From Tetramitus jugosus (taxonomy: Eukaryota > Protista > Heterolobosea): a stretch of DNA of 64,000 bases. Below the pieces are notes generated by a model, which was not told where the DNA came from, did not search any database, and worked only from the letters and a program-made list of their open reading frames with translations. Shown piece after piece: positions 20,286 through 32,064 of the stretch. Made by a program: the position numbers and the translations under genes. The DNA is taken from assembly GCA_937625935.1 (NCBI GenBank), contig OW569381.1, positions 1 through 64,000 on the forward strand, written 5' to 3'. How positions within the stretch are numbered: position 1 is the stretch's first letter; every line of letters begins with the position of its first letter.

Positions 20286-21929
20286 TTATGCCACATGAAT
20301 AATGTCTGATTGTTGAACTTGCTTGAAGCGACTGTTTCTTGCATCCGGAATAATCACTGGTTCCTGTTGCGATTGATTGTGATCAGTCGTGGCATCGTCA
20401 TTCTCATCTTGATCCTGAGTGGCTTCTTCGTCCTCTTCTGGCACCTTCTTGAACACAAACACTCTGTACAGATAAATTGCCTCCCATTCCTCTGGTGTCA
20501 TATCTCCACTCTTGAGCTTGTAAACCTTTTCAGTCAAATGTCTCAATTCGTCTCTCTCAGAGTGAATCTCCCAAAATTCATGAAAATTCTTTGAGAGGAG
20601 CAACTGTAGTCCATATTCCTTGGCCAGTTCGATCAATGTGTTTGGTGGGACGAGATACTCGGGACACTCATCAATTGCATCACTCAAGTAAAACTCGTAT
20701 CGATTACCATATGGTCTACTGGCATCAAAGTGCTTGGAGTGGAACACTGCTCTGTACACGTCGTTGCCAATAGTGAGAGACTGCTCTGGTTGTGCTCTCA
20801 GTTTCTTCACCAGCACATAGGCATCAGGGCACGTGACAATAAAGTGACCACCGACCTTTAGTGAACTAGTCGCATTGACCAACAATGTCCTTGCATAGTC
20901 TTCACTCTCAAACGAATAGTGAAGTGCAAATTGACAACTCACACAGTCAAATTGTCGATCATCCAACGTGGAACCGAGATTTGATTTGATGCAGTTGGCA
21001 TGGACAAACGTTGCATCAAACTTGAATCTCTTCTCTGCTTGAACTTGATGTTGTGAGCTATTGTATCGCTCACTGGCTGCCTTGACTGATTCCTCTGCAA
21101 TATCTGCACCTACATAGCTCTTGATGTGGGCATTGTGAAACTTTAGTAAATCTCCACCCTTGCCACAACACAAATCAAATACAGTGTTGCCTGGTTTGAC
21201 ATATTGGCGAATCAGCACGGATTTGACCCAATTGTTAAACTGTTTCAATTGAAAGATTCTAGATTCTTTTCTGGCTTCAATACCACGCTCTGGTCTTCTA
21301 TTGTAGTGCTTGGCTACTAAATCTTGTTGTTCAGTGTTGCCTCCTGCTGATGATGATGGATGGTAACCTGATGTTGGTGCATTTGAATAGTCATTGTAAT
21401 CAGAAGAAGACTGTTGTTGATGCTGTTGGTGATGTTGGTGATGTTGGTGCTGCTGGTGATGATGACTGTAATCCGCTGATGATGCATCAGAAATGTCATT
21501 TGGTCTCCTGCGCTTCTTTGATGGAAACTTGTGTTTTTTTTCATCAGTTGTAGATGCAGCAGCAATAGTAGTAACTGTACTCGTGGTATTAGATGTATTT
21601 GATGATGATGATCTCCTTTTTATTTGCTGTTGTTGTTGTGGTTGTTGTTGTTGATTGAGAAGTGTTCCTGATTTTCGAAAGAGTAATGCTGCTTGGGACA
21701 GTGGAATCGCTCCAGTGCTACTTGTTGTTGTTGATGATGATGATGGTGATGGTATTGTGACTGGATGATGGTGCTGTGCTGTTTTGGTTGCTGTTGTTGA
21801 TTCTTTTGATGGTTTTGAACTCGCACGTTTGTGTGCGATTGCTGGTGGATGATTCACAGCTGGTCCTGTTTGATTATTGTTGTTTTTGGAGCTTGTTGAT
21901 GATGATGATGAACGAGTTGTTTTTTTCAT
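20286..21929 (-). CDS. RNMT: mRNA cap guanine-N7 methyltransferase
   Basis: VAKHYN, FNNWVKSVLI, DLCCGKGGDLLK, SCQFALHYSFE, CPEYLV, EWEAIYLY; low-complexity N-terminus. Confidence 0.96.
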   Translation of the reverse strand: MKKTTRSSSSSTSSKNNNNQTGPAVNHPPAIAHKRASSKPSKESTTATKTAQHHHPVTIPSPSSSSTTTSSTGAIPLSQAALLFRKSGTLLNQQQQPQQQQQIKRRSSSSNTSNTTSTVTTIAAASTTDEKKHKFPSKKRRRPNDISDASSADYSHHHQQHQHHQHHQQHQQQSSSDYNDYSNAPTSGYHPSSSAGGNTEQQDLVAKHYNRRPERGIEARKESRIFQLKQFNNWVKSVLIRQYVKPGNTVFDLCCGKGGDLLKFHNAHIKSYVGADIAEESVKAASERYNSSQHQVQAEKRFKFDATFVHANCIKSNLGSTLDDRQFDCVSCQFALHYSFESEDYARTLLVNATSSLKVGGHFIVTCPDAYVLVKKLRAQPEQSLTIGNDVYRAVFHSKHFDASRPYGNRYEFYLSDAIDECPEYLVPPNTLIELAKEYGLQLLLSKNFHEFWEIHSERDELRHLTEKVYKLKSGDMTPEEWEAIYLYRVFVFKKVPEEDEEATQDQDENDDATTDHNQSQQEPVIIPDARNSRFKQVQQSDIIHVA

Positions 21930-22059
21930 CGTGTGTCTATTGTGTTGTTGTTATGTGTTTTTTATCGTTTTTTTTTTCTGATGGTGGTGATTGTTGAAAA
22001 ATTTGTGTGCGTCACGATGCAAAAAAAAGCCATGCCACAGCTTCGTTTCAACGATTGTA

Positions 22060-22758
22060 TTATACAAGGGCACTCAACTCGGCCTCCAAATCATCCAAGT
22101 CATCCTTTTGAATCTTGGCTGATGATGTCTTAGTAGTAACAGTAGTAGCAGAGGCAGCAGTAGCAGTAGCAGTTGGTAGCTTGGTTGATCCAACTCTCAT
22201 TGAATTCAACTGTTCATCCAGCATGGCCTCCTCCAGTGCACTATACTCATTCTCCAACTCATCATCATCCAATGCATCACCAATCGGTTGAGCCAATGCT
22301 CTACCAAGATCATCCGCCATGATCAACGTTTCTCTAGAATCGTCCATAATGTCCTCCACCTTGTCTAGTCCACCTGTTTGTTTGAACATGTCATTCATGA
22401 CATCTGTTGTGGCTTTTGTGGCCTTGATTACATCTACATTGAGAACTGCATTCTCTAGTGATGCATTCGTTGCCATGAGATTGGATATTTGACCTGATAA
22501 GAGGTCATATTGTGTCTGATGTTGTTTCTTGTTGACGAGGCATTGTTTGGCTGCGGTTCGATTGTTGTTTTGAAGAAATTGTTTGGCACGTTCCGTTTCA
22601 TTGTCAATTCTCTTTTGTAGGACTTCTTGTCTCTTTTCCAAGTTTTCAATCGTGGCCAAATTTTTATCAATGGTTCTCTGAATTTTTGTATCGTGATTGT
22701 TGTTGGATGCGATGGTGGCTGGTGAAGCTTCCTTCTTTTTACCGAATAACCAATTCAT
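22060..22758 (-). CDS. ESCRT-III Snf7/Vps32 (CHMP4-like)
   Basis: MNWLFGKKK start, coiled coil, DKVEDIMDD, DDDELENEY, DDLDDLEAEL C-terminus. Confidence 0.9.
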   Translation of the reverse strand: MNWLFGKKKEASPATIASNNNHDTKIQRTIDKNLATIENLEKRQEVLQKRIDNETERAKQFLQNNNRTAAKQCLVNKKQHQTQYDLLSGQISNLMATNASLENAVLNVDVIKATKATTDVMNDMFKQTGGLDKVEDIMDDSRETLIMADDLGRALAQPIGDALDDDELENEYSALEEAMLDEQLNSMRVGSTKLPTATATAASATTVTTKTSSAKIQKDDLDDLEAELSALV

Positions 22759-23085
22759 TTTTTAAAAAATATTTTCTTTTGTCGGTGTCCCTAATGTATC
22801 TGTGGTGTGTATGTGTGTATGTGTATGTGTGGTGGGTGTGTTGAGAAAAGAAGATGCTCACAAGTTCTTTTGCTGTGTGGTGTTTTTTTTGCGTCTTTTT
22901 TTTTCTGTTCTGCTGTTTGGTGTTGCGGGGTGTTCTGGCAGCTTTTTGTTATGTGGCTGATGGTTGGTTCCAAAACGAGCTTGGAGGTTTCGGAGCTCCG
23001 ACAATGTCCCTCCGAAGTTCAGTCAATGAACTACTACAGTATTACTCGAGCGTTTCTGTCAATTTTTGAATGACGAGTTGTGTGT

Positions 23086-24903
23086 TCAGGAAACTCGAGA
23101 GTTGTACTCTTCAGAGCACCATGGTTGATCTTGTGAGGAGTGATAGGGTTTGAGCGGTAACCGATAAGGTAGGGGAAATTCGATCCTTTCAGTTGTCGAC
23201 GAAAGAGAAGCTTCGGTCTCTGTCTCACTTTGTTGGTTCTCACTTGACGATGTTGCCTGCTTGGATGTTTGTTTGAGTGCAGGAGCATCGAGTGCAGGCA
23301 CAAACACTTGATTGTCACTCGGAATAAACAGTACACCAATCTCAAATGATCGGACCATGAGTGAACTGCCATTGTGTATGAGCTGTCCATGTGCTGCTTT
23401 GCTCAAGTTCGAACTTGTAAGGAACAACCAGGCTAGCTCGGGAGAAGACTTACTGTTGTCTGTTGATGCATGAGAACCTCCACTCTTTTGCAACAGTTGA
23501 GTGTACAGCTTTGTGTGCGATAAGTGGCCATAGCGAACAGGTTCCCAATGATTCAACGCACTCATGATGAATGGTTTCGTGAACTTTTTGCGGTCTCCAC
23601 AGTAATGACTTGCACCTTCTGGTCCTGCTAGACTATCGACAACTGTTTTCACACTTGGCCAAATCAATGCCAGATTGCCAGACTTGGATTGACTCTGCAA
23701 TGTTTTCTTCTTGTCTTGGACGCGAGGAATGGACAAACTTGTATAAAGCTCCTGATTGATGTATGCTTCATTCAGCGTACCCATACTAGAAAACAAGCAA
23801 TGAGTTTTTGATAGCTGAGGCTTGTGCTCTAAACGAGACAATAGTTTTCTGACTTTCATGTGCCCGTACTTGTCTAGTTGGTCACGTGAATAATAGCCAG
23901 GACAACTCGTGATCAAATGGACCTTTGCACTCGAATAATCAAACTCTCTCACTCTCTTTGCTTCGTCCGGCATTTGTAATCGATTCAGATAATCAACCAA
24001 TGTTTCTTCAAAGTCACACCTTGTCGATGATGTTTGTCGGACATGAGCACGACTGCTACTAGAACCAGAAGTAGTACTATCAGTGGATGATCCCGGAGCA
24101 GACTTCTTGGGAAATTCTTGTACCCACGTTCCCTGTAATCGCTCATTCCAATCACCTGATGTCAAGTTTGCCGTCGTGATCACAACACGTATCGAATTCT
24201 CAAAGTAAATGAGATATAATTTACCGTGTTGTGTGCCATAGGGAAGTTTCAACTCTGGAAAGTGCAGTCTCAGTTTCTTATCCTTCTGTATCAATTGACT
24301 AAATGGTAAATTTGGATTCGTTCGCAACAAATCTGACAGATTGAGCTGCAGAGATTGCATTCCATGAACGAGAATAATCGAATCAGCATAGCACAATCTC
24401 CTGTGAGCTGCTCTATTTGAAAACAACCACCCCACATCGACATTATAAGTCGATAGGTACACTCGCTTCAGATACGTCGATAATTGTTGTGGTGGATTGA
24501 TGGTCGGTGGTTGAAACAAGTCATGAAACCAAAAAGTGTTCTTCTCATCACATGGACTATATCCACCACCACTGCTACTGCTACTACTGCTGCTATCACC
24601 ACTCATTCGATTACAATGATCTTCCTTCATCATTTCCATAAAATGTGTCTTGTTCATACCAAATGTATTCGAGGGAGGCAAACCATGAAACGATCTCTCA
24701 TGACTCTGTTTGTTCTTTTTTCGTTGTTGTTGCTCACGGATCTTCTCATCCTCTCCAGATTCATCAGATGAAGAGAAGATGAGAATGGGACTTTTTACTT
24801 CCTCTTCGTCGTCTGACGAAGATACGTGTGTGCGCACTGCTCTTCTTCGCTTCATGTTGTGCTTCACTGCTGAAAGTGTCTGATCCCAAAACTTTCGGAT
24901 CAT
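23086..24903 (-). CDS. TDP1: Tyrosyl-DNA phosphodiesterase 1
   Basis: YGTQHGK...IRVVITTANL..DW...QGTW; HTKLY; TSSNLSKAA; RSFEIGVLF; PLPY.LP..PY...D.PW. Confidence 0.93.
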   Translation of the reverse strand: MIRKFWDQTLSAVKHNMKRRRAVRTHVSSSDDEEEVKSPILIFSSSDESGEDEKIREQQQRKKNKQSHERSFHGLPPSNTFGMNKTHFMEMMKEDHCNRMSGDSSSSSSSSGGGYSPCDEKNTFWFHDLFQPPTINPPQQLSTYLKRVYLSTYNVDVGWLFSNRAAHRRLCYADSIILVHGMQSLQLNLSDLLRTNPNLPFSQLIQKDKKLRLHFPELKLPYGTQHGKLYLIYFENSIRVVITTANLTSGDWNERLQGTWVQEFPKKSAPGSSTDSTTSGSSSSRAHVRQTSSTRCDFEETLVDYLNRLQMPDEAKRVREFDYSSAKVHLITSCPGYYSRDQLDKYGHMKVRKLLSRLEHKPQLSKTHCLFSSMGTLNEAYINQELYTSLSIPRVQDKKKTLQSQSKSGNLALIWPSVKTVVDSLAGPEGASHYCGDRKKFTKPFIMSALNHWEPVRYGHLSHTKLYTQLLQKSGGSHASTDNSKSSPELAWLFLTSSNLSKAAHGQLIHNGSSLMVRSFEIGVLFIPSDNQVFVPALDAPALKQTSKQATSSSENQQSETETEASLSSTTERIEFPLPYRLPLKPYHSSQDQPWCSEEYNSRVS

Positions 24904-25060
24904 AATTTTTCGGACTTTTCAATTTTTCCGTCAGTTTTTCCGTCCCCCTTGTCACTGTCGCCTTCTGATTTGTGTTTGGATTCAAACAAAACTCTGACCA
25001 AGGAACATCCACGCACCCAAACAAACACAAGCAGCTCAGCAATAATAACAATTAACAGCA

Positions 25061-26302
25061 ATGAAACAACTGTTCATCTTGGGTTTTTTCCTCTGTTTGT
25101 TTTTGAGCGTTGACATGACCTGTCAACAGTCAGCTCCACACTATGAAACATCATTTGGCGAACATGAGCATGCAAGAACGATAGACTTGACTCCTGGACA
25201 AGTACGATACTTTCGATTCGAACCTGATCTCTACCCAGACTTCCCCTACTATACTTCATTCACATTTGAAGCCTGCAGTGGACTCATTCAAATCTATGCT
25301 GCTTCCTGTTCCAAGAGCAGTGTGACATGTGACAATGGCAATGCCCGATGGTTTCCAAACAGTAATTCAAGTGATTATCTGTTGGATTCAGTGTATCAGG
25401 ACTCGAATGGAACATATGGTCAACCGGCTCTATCCATATCAAAATCTCGATCCCACAGAATGGTCTACTATTTTGGAGTCGTTGTGAAGAAGGGTGATTT
25501 GACCAATGAGGTCAATAGCAACAGTATTGAAGTTCAAGTATCTTTTCTGAGATTTACAAAGGAACAGGGTGGACCATATGGATCCTATCTGGCTGATAAT
25601 ATGTCTATAAAGACATCATCGGCCAACAAACTCATTCAATTCAATGCATTGAAGAGATGTGACGGCGTGGATGAATCCGCATCGACTTGCAATGTACAGG
25701 TTCCTGTGAAGACTGGATATCAATTCACTTTTGTCAAGATGGAAGATGCAAGAAGTGGTGCGTTCAATGTGGGAACCTATTGTGGTCTGCAGAAAGTGTC
25801 CAACAGCAACTCCTCTTTTGCTGTCGTGCCAACCGAGCTTTTGTTTGATCAATTTGTGAATGGACAGCAATATGTGTTGAACATTGGATATTCCAATCGA
25901 ACTTTGAGTGCAAAATCGTTGGATGTAGCTTACGAAGCGATTACTTGGTTGCACAATAGTGGTGGCAAGGGTGATGTTGTCGATCCAGGCAAAGGAGATA
26001 CACCTGGAGACAAGAAGAAAAATATGTCCGTAATCATAGCCATGTTAGTGATCGGTGCCATCGTTGTGCTGATATTCCTTTCTCTGCTTATTGTGTTTGT
26101 GTGTATCAAACGAGGATCTGATAACAAATCACAGGTCTATCAGAGAATGAATGGCAATGAACCATTGCATCCATACGGCAATGACACCCCCTATAGAGCA
26201 CCACACGCTGTCGAACTTGCTTCGCCATCACCAAACTATGCACCTCCACAGCCACAGACATATGCAACGCCATACTCTATGCCATCGACTCTCCCTCAAT
26301 AG
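25061..26302 (+). CDS. Type I membrane protein
   Basis: Signal peptide, Cys-containing ectodomain, single TM (VIIAMLV...FVCI), Pro/Tyr-rich tail. Confidence 0.8.
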   Translation: MKQLFILGFFLCLFLSVDMTCQQSAPHYETSFGEHEHARTIDLTPGQVRYFRFEPDLYPDFPYYTSFTFEACSGLIQIYAASCSKSSVTCDNGNARWFPNSNSSDYLLDSVYQDSNGTYGQPALSISKSRSHRMVYYFGVVVKKGDLTNEVNSNSIEVQVSFLRFTKEQGGPYGSYLADNMSIKTSSANKLIQFNALKRCDGVDESASTCNVQVPVKTGYQFTFVKMEDARSGAFNVGTYCGLQKVSNSNSSFAVVPTELLFDQFVNGQQYVLNIGYSNRTLSAKSLDVAYEAITWLHNSGGKGDVVDPGKGDTPGDKKKNMSVIIAMLVIGAIVVLIFLSLLIVFVCIKRGSDNKSQVYQRMNGNEPLHPYGNDTPYRAPHAVELASPSPNYAPPQPQTYATPYSMPSTLPQ

Positions 26303-26346
26303 AGATATCCAAACTTTGACATTTATTAAATATCCTTGATTGCATT

Positions 26347-29300
26347 CTACACTTGGACAGTTCCCTGATCAGAGATGTTTGTGTTATCGAGTGTGTACTT
26401 GATCTGATATTTAACAGCATTGACAGGTCGTTGCGCGTACATTGGATTCTCCCACTTCATCTTTTGGGTCACTGATCCCAACTCAGTCTTTGGACCCATG
26501 CGCTCTGAGCTCACCTTAAATATTTGTAACTTGACATGCTTTGGCACTGCACAGAGGAAGCTCAAATTCGACACGATAGAATCAGAAGAGTTACCAAATT
26601 GAATAACTACATGTGTGACATCCGGTTGGTTCATAGGATCGTTCTGCTTAATCATCATACGTACAATGACTCCATTCTTGGAATAGACACTGACAGTCTT
26701 TGCTCCTGCAAACTTATTCACGGTAGTTGTACCCGACATCAATTCATCAAGACTGAGAACTGGAGAAGGTGTTGTGCTGGTTGGCGTGACAGCCGTTGCT
26801 TTGGCTACAGCAGGTGTAGTCACTGATGGAGTAGCAATTGGTGTTGGTGGACTGGTTGATGGTTCTGCAGAGCTCAAATTGTCAAATAGACTATCCAAAT
26901 CCAGTAAAGACTTTGTAGACTTGGATGTTGTAGCACTTGTTTCTACACTCACAGCAGGCTCGTCGAAGGAAATAAGAAGACTCTCCAAGGATTTCTCCTC
27001 TTCTTGTTGAGGCACAATTTCCTCCCGAGGGACTGGCGTAGTATTACCTGACACGGATTCATCGCTTCCTTCTTCCTCTCCCTTCCTCTTCACAGTGAAT
27101 TTCTTGTCACCGAGACCCTCACCGGCCATTAAAATATCAACAATTCTATCAACCTCAATGACTGGCATTCTCTCCAAAATATTGTTGCTGACCAGATCAT
27201 AATTGAGACCAAACAACTTTGTGTATTCACAAGAGCGTTGTTGTAATTCGAGATTTACATCGGCTCTATACTTGTTCAAGAATTTAAGAATTGGTACAGG
27301 TTGTTTCGAATCTGCTGAAGATGAATCTTGAGAAGCAAACAACTCGGATGACCGAGAGCAAAACTTGGCAGTAGATGTCAAAATGTAGCTTCGTGTTGTG
27401 GTGTTCTCTCGATTGACGATATCCATGACTCGCTCAAGAACTCGCAATACCTCCTGATTGGACACATTTGTTTGTTTCGTTTCACCGGGTAGCAAATCCA
27501 TCGGTTCACCAATCACTAAGTCACCAAACTCTCCAATACACCACACTGCCACTTGAACGAGAGTATCAAGTTTAGTAATCAAATGTGGCTTTGGAATAAA
27601 CTTTCGGAGAGCATTAAACAGCTTGAGTGTAAACTCTGCCTGAAGCTCAGGACTCTGTGTGATTAAGCCAATAAAAATAGATGCAATCTCTTCACGAACA
27701 AACTGTCCACTAATTGTAATAATTTTTAAGAAGGTTTCGAGTTTCCATCTACGAGAAGCAACATCCTCGGAAGGTCCATGCTTTTCAACTAGTGTACATA
27801 ATTTGGTGGTTAAATTCTCGCGCAATGCTTCTGAACCTGAATCGAGAGTCGTTCTGGTTTGATTGGCTACTGACAACTCCTGTAACAATTGAATGAGCTT
27901 ATCAGTCAACATCACAACATTGTCACGGTTCATTAGCAAATAAATTAGATCCAAAGCTCGCATTCTAATCGTGTTATCATAATCCTTCAAGCATGAAACA
28001 ATAGTGTTCAAATGTCGGCTAATAATGGATGCCTCTTGCTCGGCAACCTTGCTCATGGTATGAAGTGCAACATAGCGCAAATTGTTGTCCTTACTCACTA
28101 GGAATTTACCCAATTGATTAATGGCCATCGATCTCAATCCCTTCTCACTCTCCACATCCAACACAGTTCGTGCACACTCATACAAGATAGAATTTCCAGC
28201 ATTCTTTGCCGAATCAGTGTTTGTGGCAATCTGGGACAAAATATCACTTGCGGCTTCACTGGCTTTTGCGCTTCCCTTGGCCAAAACACGCAACAACTTC
28301 AAGATGGCTGTCTGCAAGAATGGATCGGCAACACCACCGACATCATGCTCCAATGCGTAAGTACTCTGTGAAAGTCCCTTCAAAATTTTTGCAAAAACAG
28401 GAATGTATCTTCTAAAGTGCAACGTGTACTTTCTGTGGATTGATTGAAAACAAACGAATCACCAACAATCAAAAAATGATAAAAAGAGGTTAACACTGAT
28501 CTGCCATGGAATGATGATTGAAAAGTATCATGCATCATACCTTCGTAACTCATCGTCCTTGATGCGACACAATTCCAAAATGAGAGAGATGCAAGTAAGC
28601 ATTGCACCGTGATTTCTCTGATGTTGTTCATTGGTCAAAACAATGTCCAACTTTTCCACATAATTGTCAGCCAATTCATGAGGGCACTTTTTCACCATTC
28701 TCATCGCACACAATGCAGCCTTCTTTCGAATATAACTAGGCGCATGAATAAATAATTTTTCAACTTCTGGAGACAAGTCACGACAGATATCAGCACTTGC
28801 AATGTTGGCAATAGTTGTCAGTGCCATTGCTTGAACAAATTGATTCGTGTCATCCAAATCTCTGTGGTGTGTGTGTGTGTGTACATGCATGAAATTTCAG
28901 TTCGAGTGAGTCATGATTATGTTCGGTGATTCAATGCTTCAATCACAAACAACTTCAATTTGAACAAAAAAAAAGCAGTGATGATTTCATACTTTTTCAA
29001 CGAGTGCTCCACGAGTGGCAATACTTCTTGATCCTCATCCAACAGCATCATCAATCCCAAATAACCAATTCTCTTTTCTGGATATTCTGGACTAGAGATC
29101 AGAGTAATGCACTCCATCTGACCAAAATGAGTCGGATATCCTGCAATGTTTGCACATATGATTATTCACATGATATGTTTGATGCATATTCCAAAAAAAA
29201 AGAAATCTCATGTTTAGCTTCAAAGGACTTTCATTGAACATAAGCTTATTACAAAAAAATGTCACGGAATATTTACATACCGAGCATATGTATGTACATG

Positions 29301-29452
29301 AGCTTTGCTACATTTCTTGCGCGATAAGGTGATTGCTCAGCCAATGATTTTCTAATGGCTGCACATTCCTTTGCAATCACAGTTCTCTCTTCCTGTGCAG
29401 TTTTGCAGTTACGGACGGAACGGATAAGTTCTTTCAGTCCTAAATCAGACAT
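26347..29452 (-). CDS. AP1G1: AP-1 complex gamma adaptin (4 exons; introns 29141-29280, 28862-28992, 28433-28540)
   Basis: [25 protein letters not shown]|[23 protein letters not shown]-terminal ear AVPK; all three GT..AG introns splice in frame. Confidence 0.95.
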
Positions 29453-30013
29453 GTTTTTGATTTGAGTGTTTTGTGTGTTGTTTGCTCAAATCAGATCAAA
29501 TGGGCTTTTTTTCTTTTCCTTGACGGAAAATCGGAAAAATGAGAAGAAGTTCGTTGTATTGGTTCCAAACGCACGAACACGTAATAGACAAATATTTTGT
29601 TCGCATGAATATCACCAAAAACTTAGACATATTTTAATGTCCAGTTAGTTCTGTACAAAATCCATTGCACTCTGACGAAGTAGGAATGTCGATCAGAAAT
29701 TGTTTTATTCTTACCTTATCAAAGTTGAGTGAGTTCTTGCTCCATAATGATGACGTTTCATCTTCTCCCTCTCTTGCCGAGAGGTTGTATTGGTTGCCAG
29801 AATATTTGTGTTACGTCAATTGGAAGACAGATTCTTGTTCGGACAAATATCTTTTAGGTTGACTTCAATTTTTTGTAAGGTCCGATGTGAAAAATCTGGT
29901 CGAATTCTCTCGCGCTCCGCTCTCCAATGTGTTGGAGATTTGCGCCTGTGCACACAAACAAACTTCAAGATATTTTCTCTTTCCCAAGCATCAAACAACA
30001 AGAAGAACAACAG

Positions 30014-31921
30014 ATGAGTCAACAACAACGAAACTTTGTTGCCAACGTGCAGGCAATCAACGATACATCCGCAAACTACTCTGTCGCACCACGATTGGAC
30101 TACAGAACAGTTGTTGCTGTCAACGGTCCTTTGGTCATTTTGGACAATGTCAAAGTATGCATTCTCTATCACCACCTCAACAAAAAAAATGGTCGTCATC
30201 ATCAAGGAGTAGAATGGATCATGTGTGGGTCATGACGGTTTCCAGAAAACATGTTCAACAACAAAAGAGTGACACACCTGGGAGAGAGAAAAGAGTTTGA
30301 GAGAGCTTTTGGTCAAACATTGCTATATTTTTTGTGAGTGCTGAAAGCTTTGGTCTCTTCTCTCGAAATCCTGTGTGAAAAAAAAGCTTTTGATTGAGCA
30401 ATGTCGCAATTCATTGACTCTTTTTTTTCTCTCTCAAACATGGGATCTCTCACAGTTCCTATTCCTTGATGATGATAACTTTGATTTATATTTTTTTTCG
30501 TCATCACCTTCTCAATTACTCACACACAACCATTCTCTTTTAAAAAACCATCAAAAAACAACAATAACATTTGATAGTTCCCAAAATACGCTGAAATTGT
30601 CAACATTACTCTAGGTAATGGTCAAAAGAGAAGAGGTCAGGTGCTCGAAGTTGTGGGTAGCAAGGCCGTTGTTCAAGTGTTTGAGGGAACATCAGGCATT
30701 GATGCCAAGCACACCCGTGTTGAATTTACTGGTGATGTCTTGAAGATGCCAGTGTCTGAGGACATGTTGGGCCGTATCTTCAACGGTTCCGGTAAGCCAA
30801 TCGACAATGGTCCACCTGTGCTTGCAGAAGACTTTTTGGATATTCAAGGTCAACCAATTAATCCATTCTCTAGAGTCTATCCAGAAGAAATGATTCAAAC
30901 TGGTATCTCTGCTATTGATATGATGTGTTCGATTGCCCGTGGTCAAAAGATTCCTATTTTCTCTGGATCCGGTTTGCCTCACAATGAAATTGCTGCACAA
31001 ATCTGTAGACAGGCTGGTCTCGTCAAGGGCGGTATCAACAAGTCTGGTGAGAATGACAACTTTGCCATTGTGTTCGCTGCTATGGGTGTCAACACTGAAA
31101 CCGCTAGATTCTTCACCAAGGAATTCGAGGAGAACGGTTCCATGGAACGTGTGACTCTCTTCTTGAACTTGGCCAACGATCCAACCATTGAGAGAATTAT
31201 TACTCCACGTCTTGCTCTGACCACTGCAGAGTACTTGGCTTACGAGTGTGGTAAGCACGTTCTGGTCATTTTGACCGATATGTCTTCCTATGCTGATGCT
31301 TTGAGAGAAGTGTCTGCTGCCAGAGAAGAAGTCCCAGGTAGAAGAGGTTATCCAGGTTACATGTACACTGATTTGAGTACTATTTATGAGAGAGCAGGTA
31401 GAGTCTTGGGCAAGCCAGGTTCCATCACTCAAATTCCAATTTTGACCATGCCTAACGATGATATTACCCATCCAATTCCTGATTTGACTGGTTATATTAC
31501 TGAGGGTCAAGTCTACGTTGACAGAGCCATTCACAACAAGCAAATTTATCCACCAATCAATGTGTTGCCATCTCTGTCTCGTCTGATGAAGTCTGCCATT
31601 GGTGAGGGTATGACTCGTGAGGATCACGGTGATGTCTCCAATCAATTGTACGCAAATTATGCCATTGGTAAGGATGTGTTGGCCATGAAGGCTGTCGTTG
31701 GTGAGGAAGCTCTATCACCAGAAGATCACTTGTATCTGGAGTTCTTGGACAAGTATGAACAAAACTTTTTGTCTCAAGGTTTCAATGAGACCAGAACCAT
31801 CTTCCAAAGTTTAGATATTGCTTGGCAATTGTTGAGAATTTTCCCTAAGGAAATGTTGACCAGAGTCAAGGAGTCAACCAAGGATATCTGGTACGACAGA
31901 CGTCAAACCCAAGACGACTAA
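30014..31921 (+). CDS. ATP6V1B: V-type ATPase subunit B (2 exons; intron 30155-30577)
   Basis: [16 protein letters not shown]|FPKYAEIV; [10 protein letters not shown]; [19 protein letters not shown]. Confidence 0.98.
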
Positions 31922-32064
31922 GTGTCTACTGTAACCCTGTAAATGAAAAAAGTTTATTTTGATTATTCGACTAATCAGTAGTTTATTTTGATTATTCGAC
32001 TTGTTTTATTCTGTCATTTTTGCTTACAGATAAAAGAACCAAACATGGTCGCTGCTGGAGTTCA

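Noticed and set aside
21317-21929. Trinucleotide-like tracts (also 48850-49420 and 57330-57520)
   Set aside because: They encode ordinary Gln/His/Ser/Thr low-complexity protein regions.
30692-31645. 317 aa antisense ORF, and similar ones at 51667-52200, 53505-53933 and 3375-4079
   Set aside because: Antisense shadows of real or probable genes, expected from codon bias.
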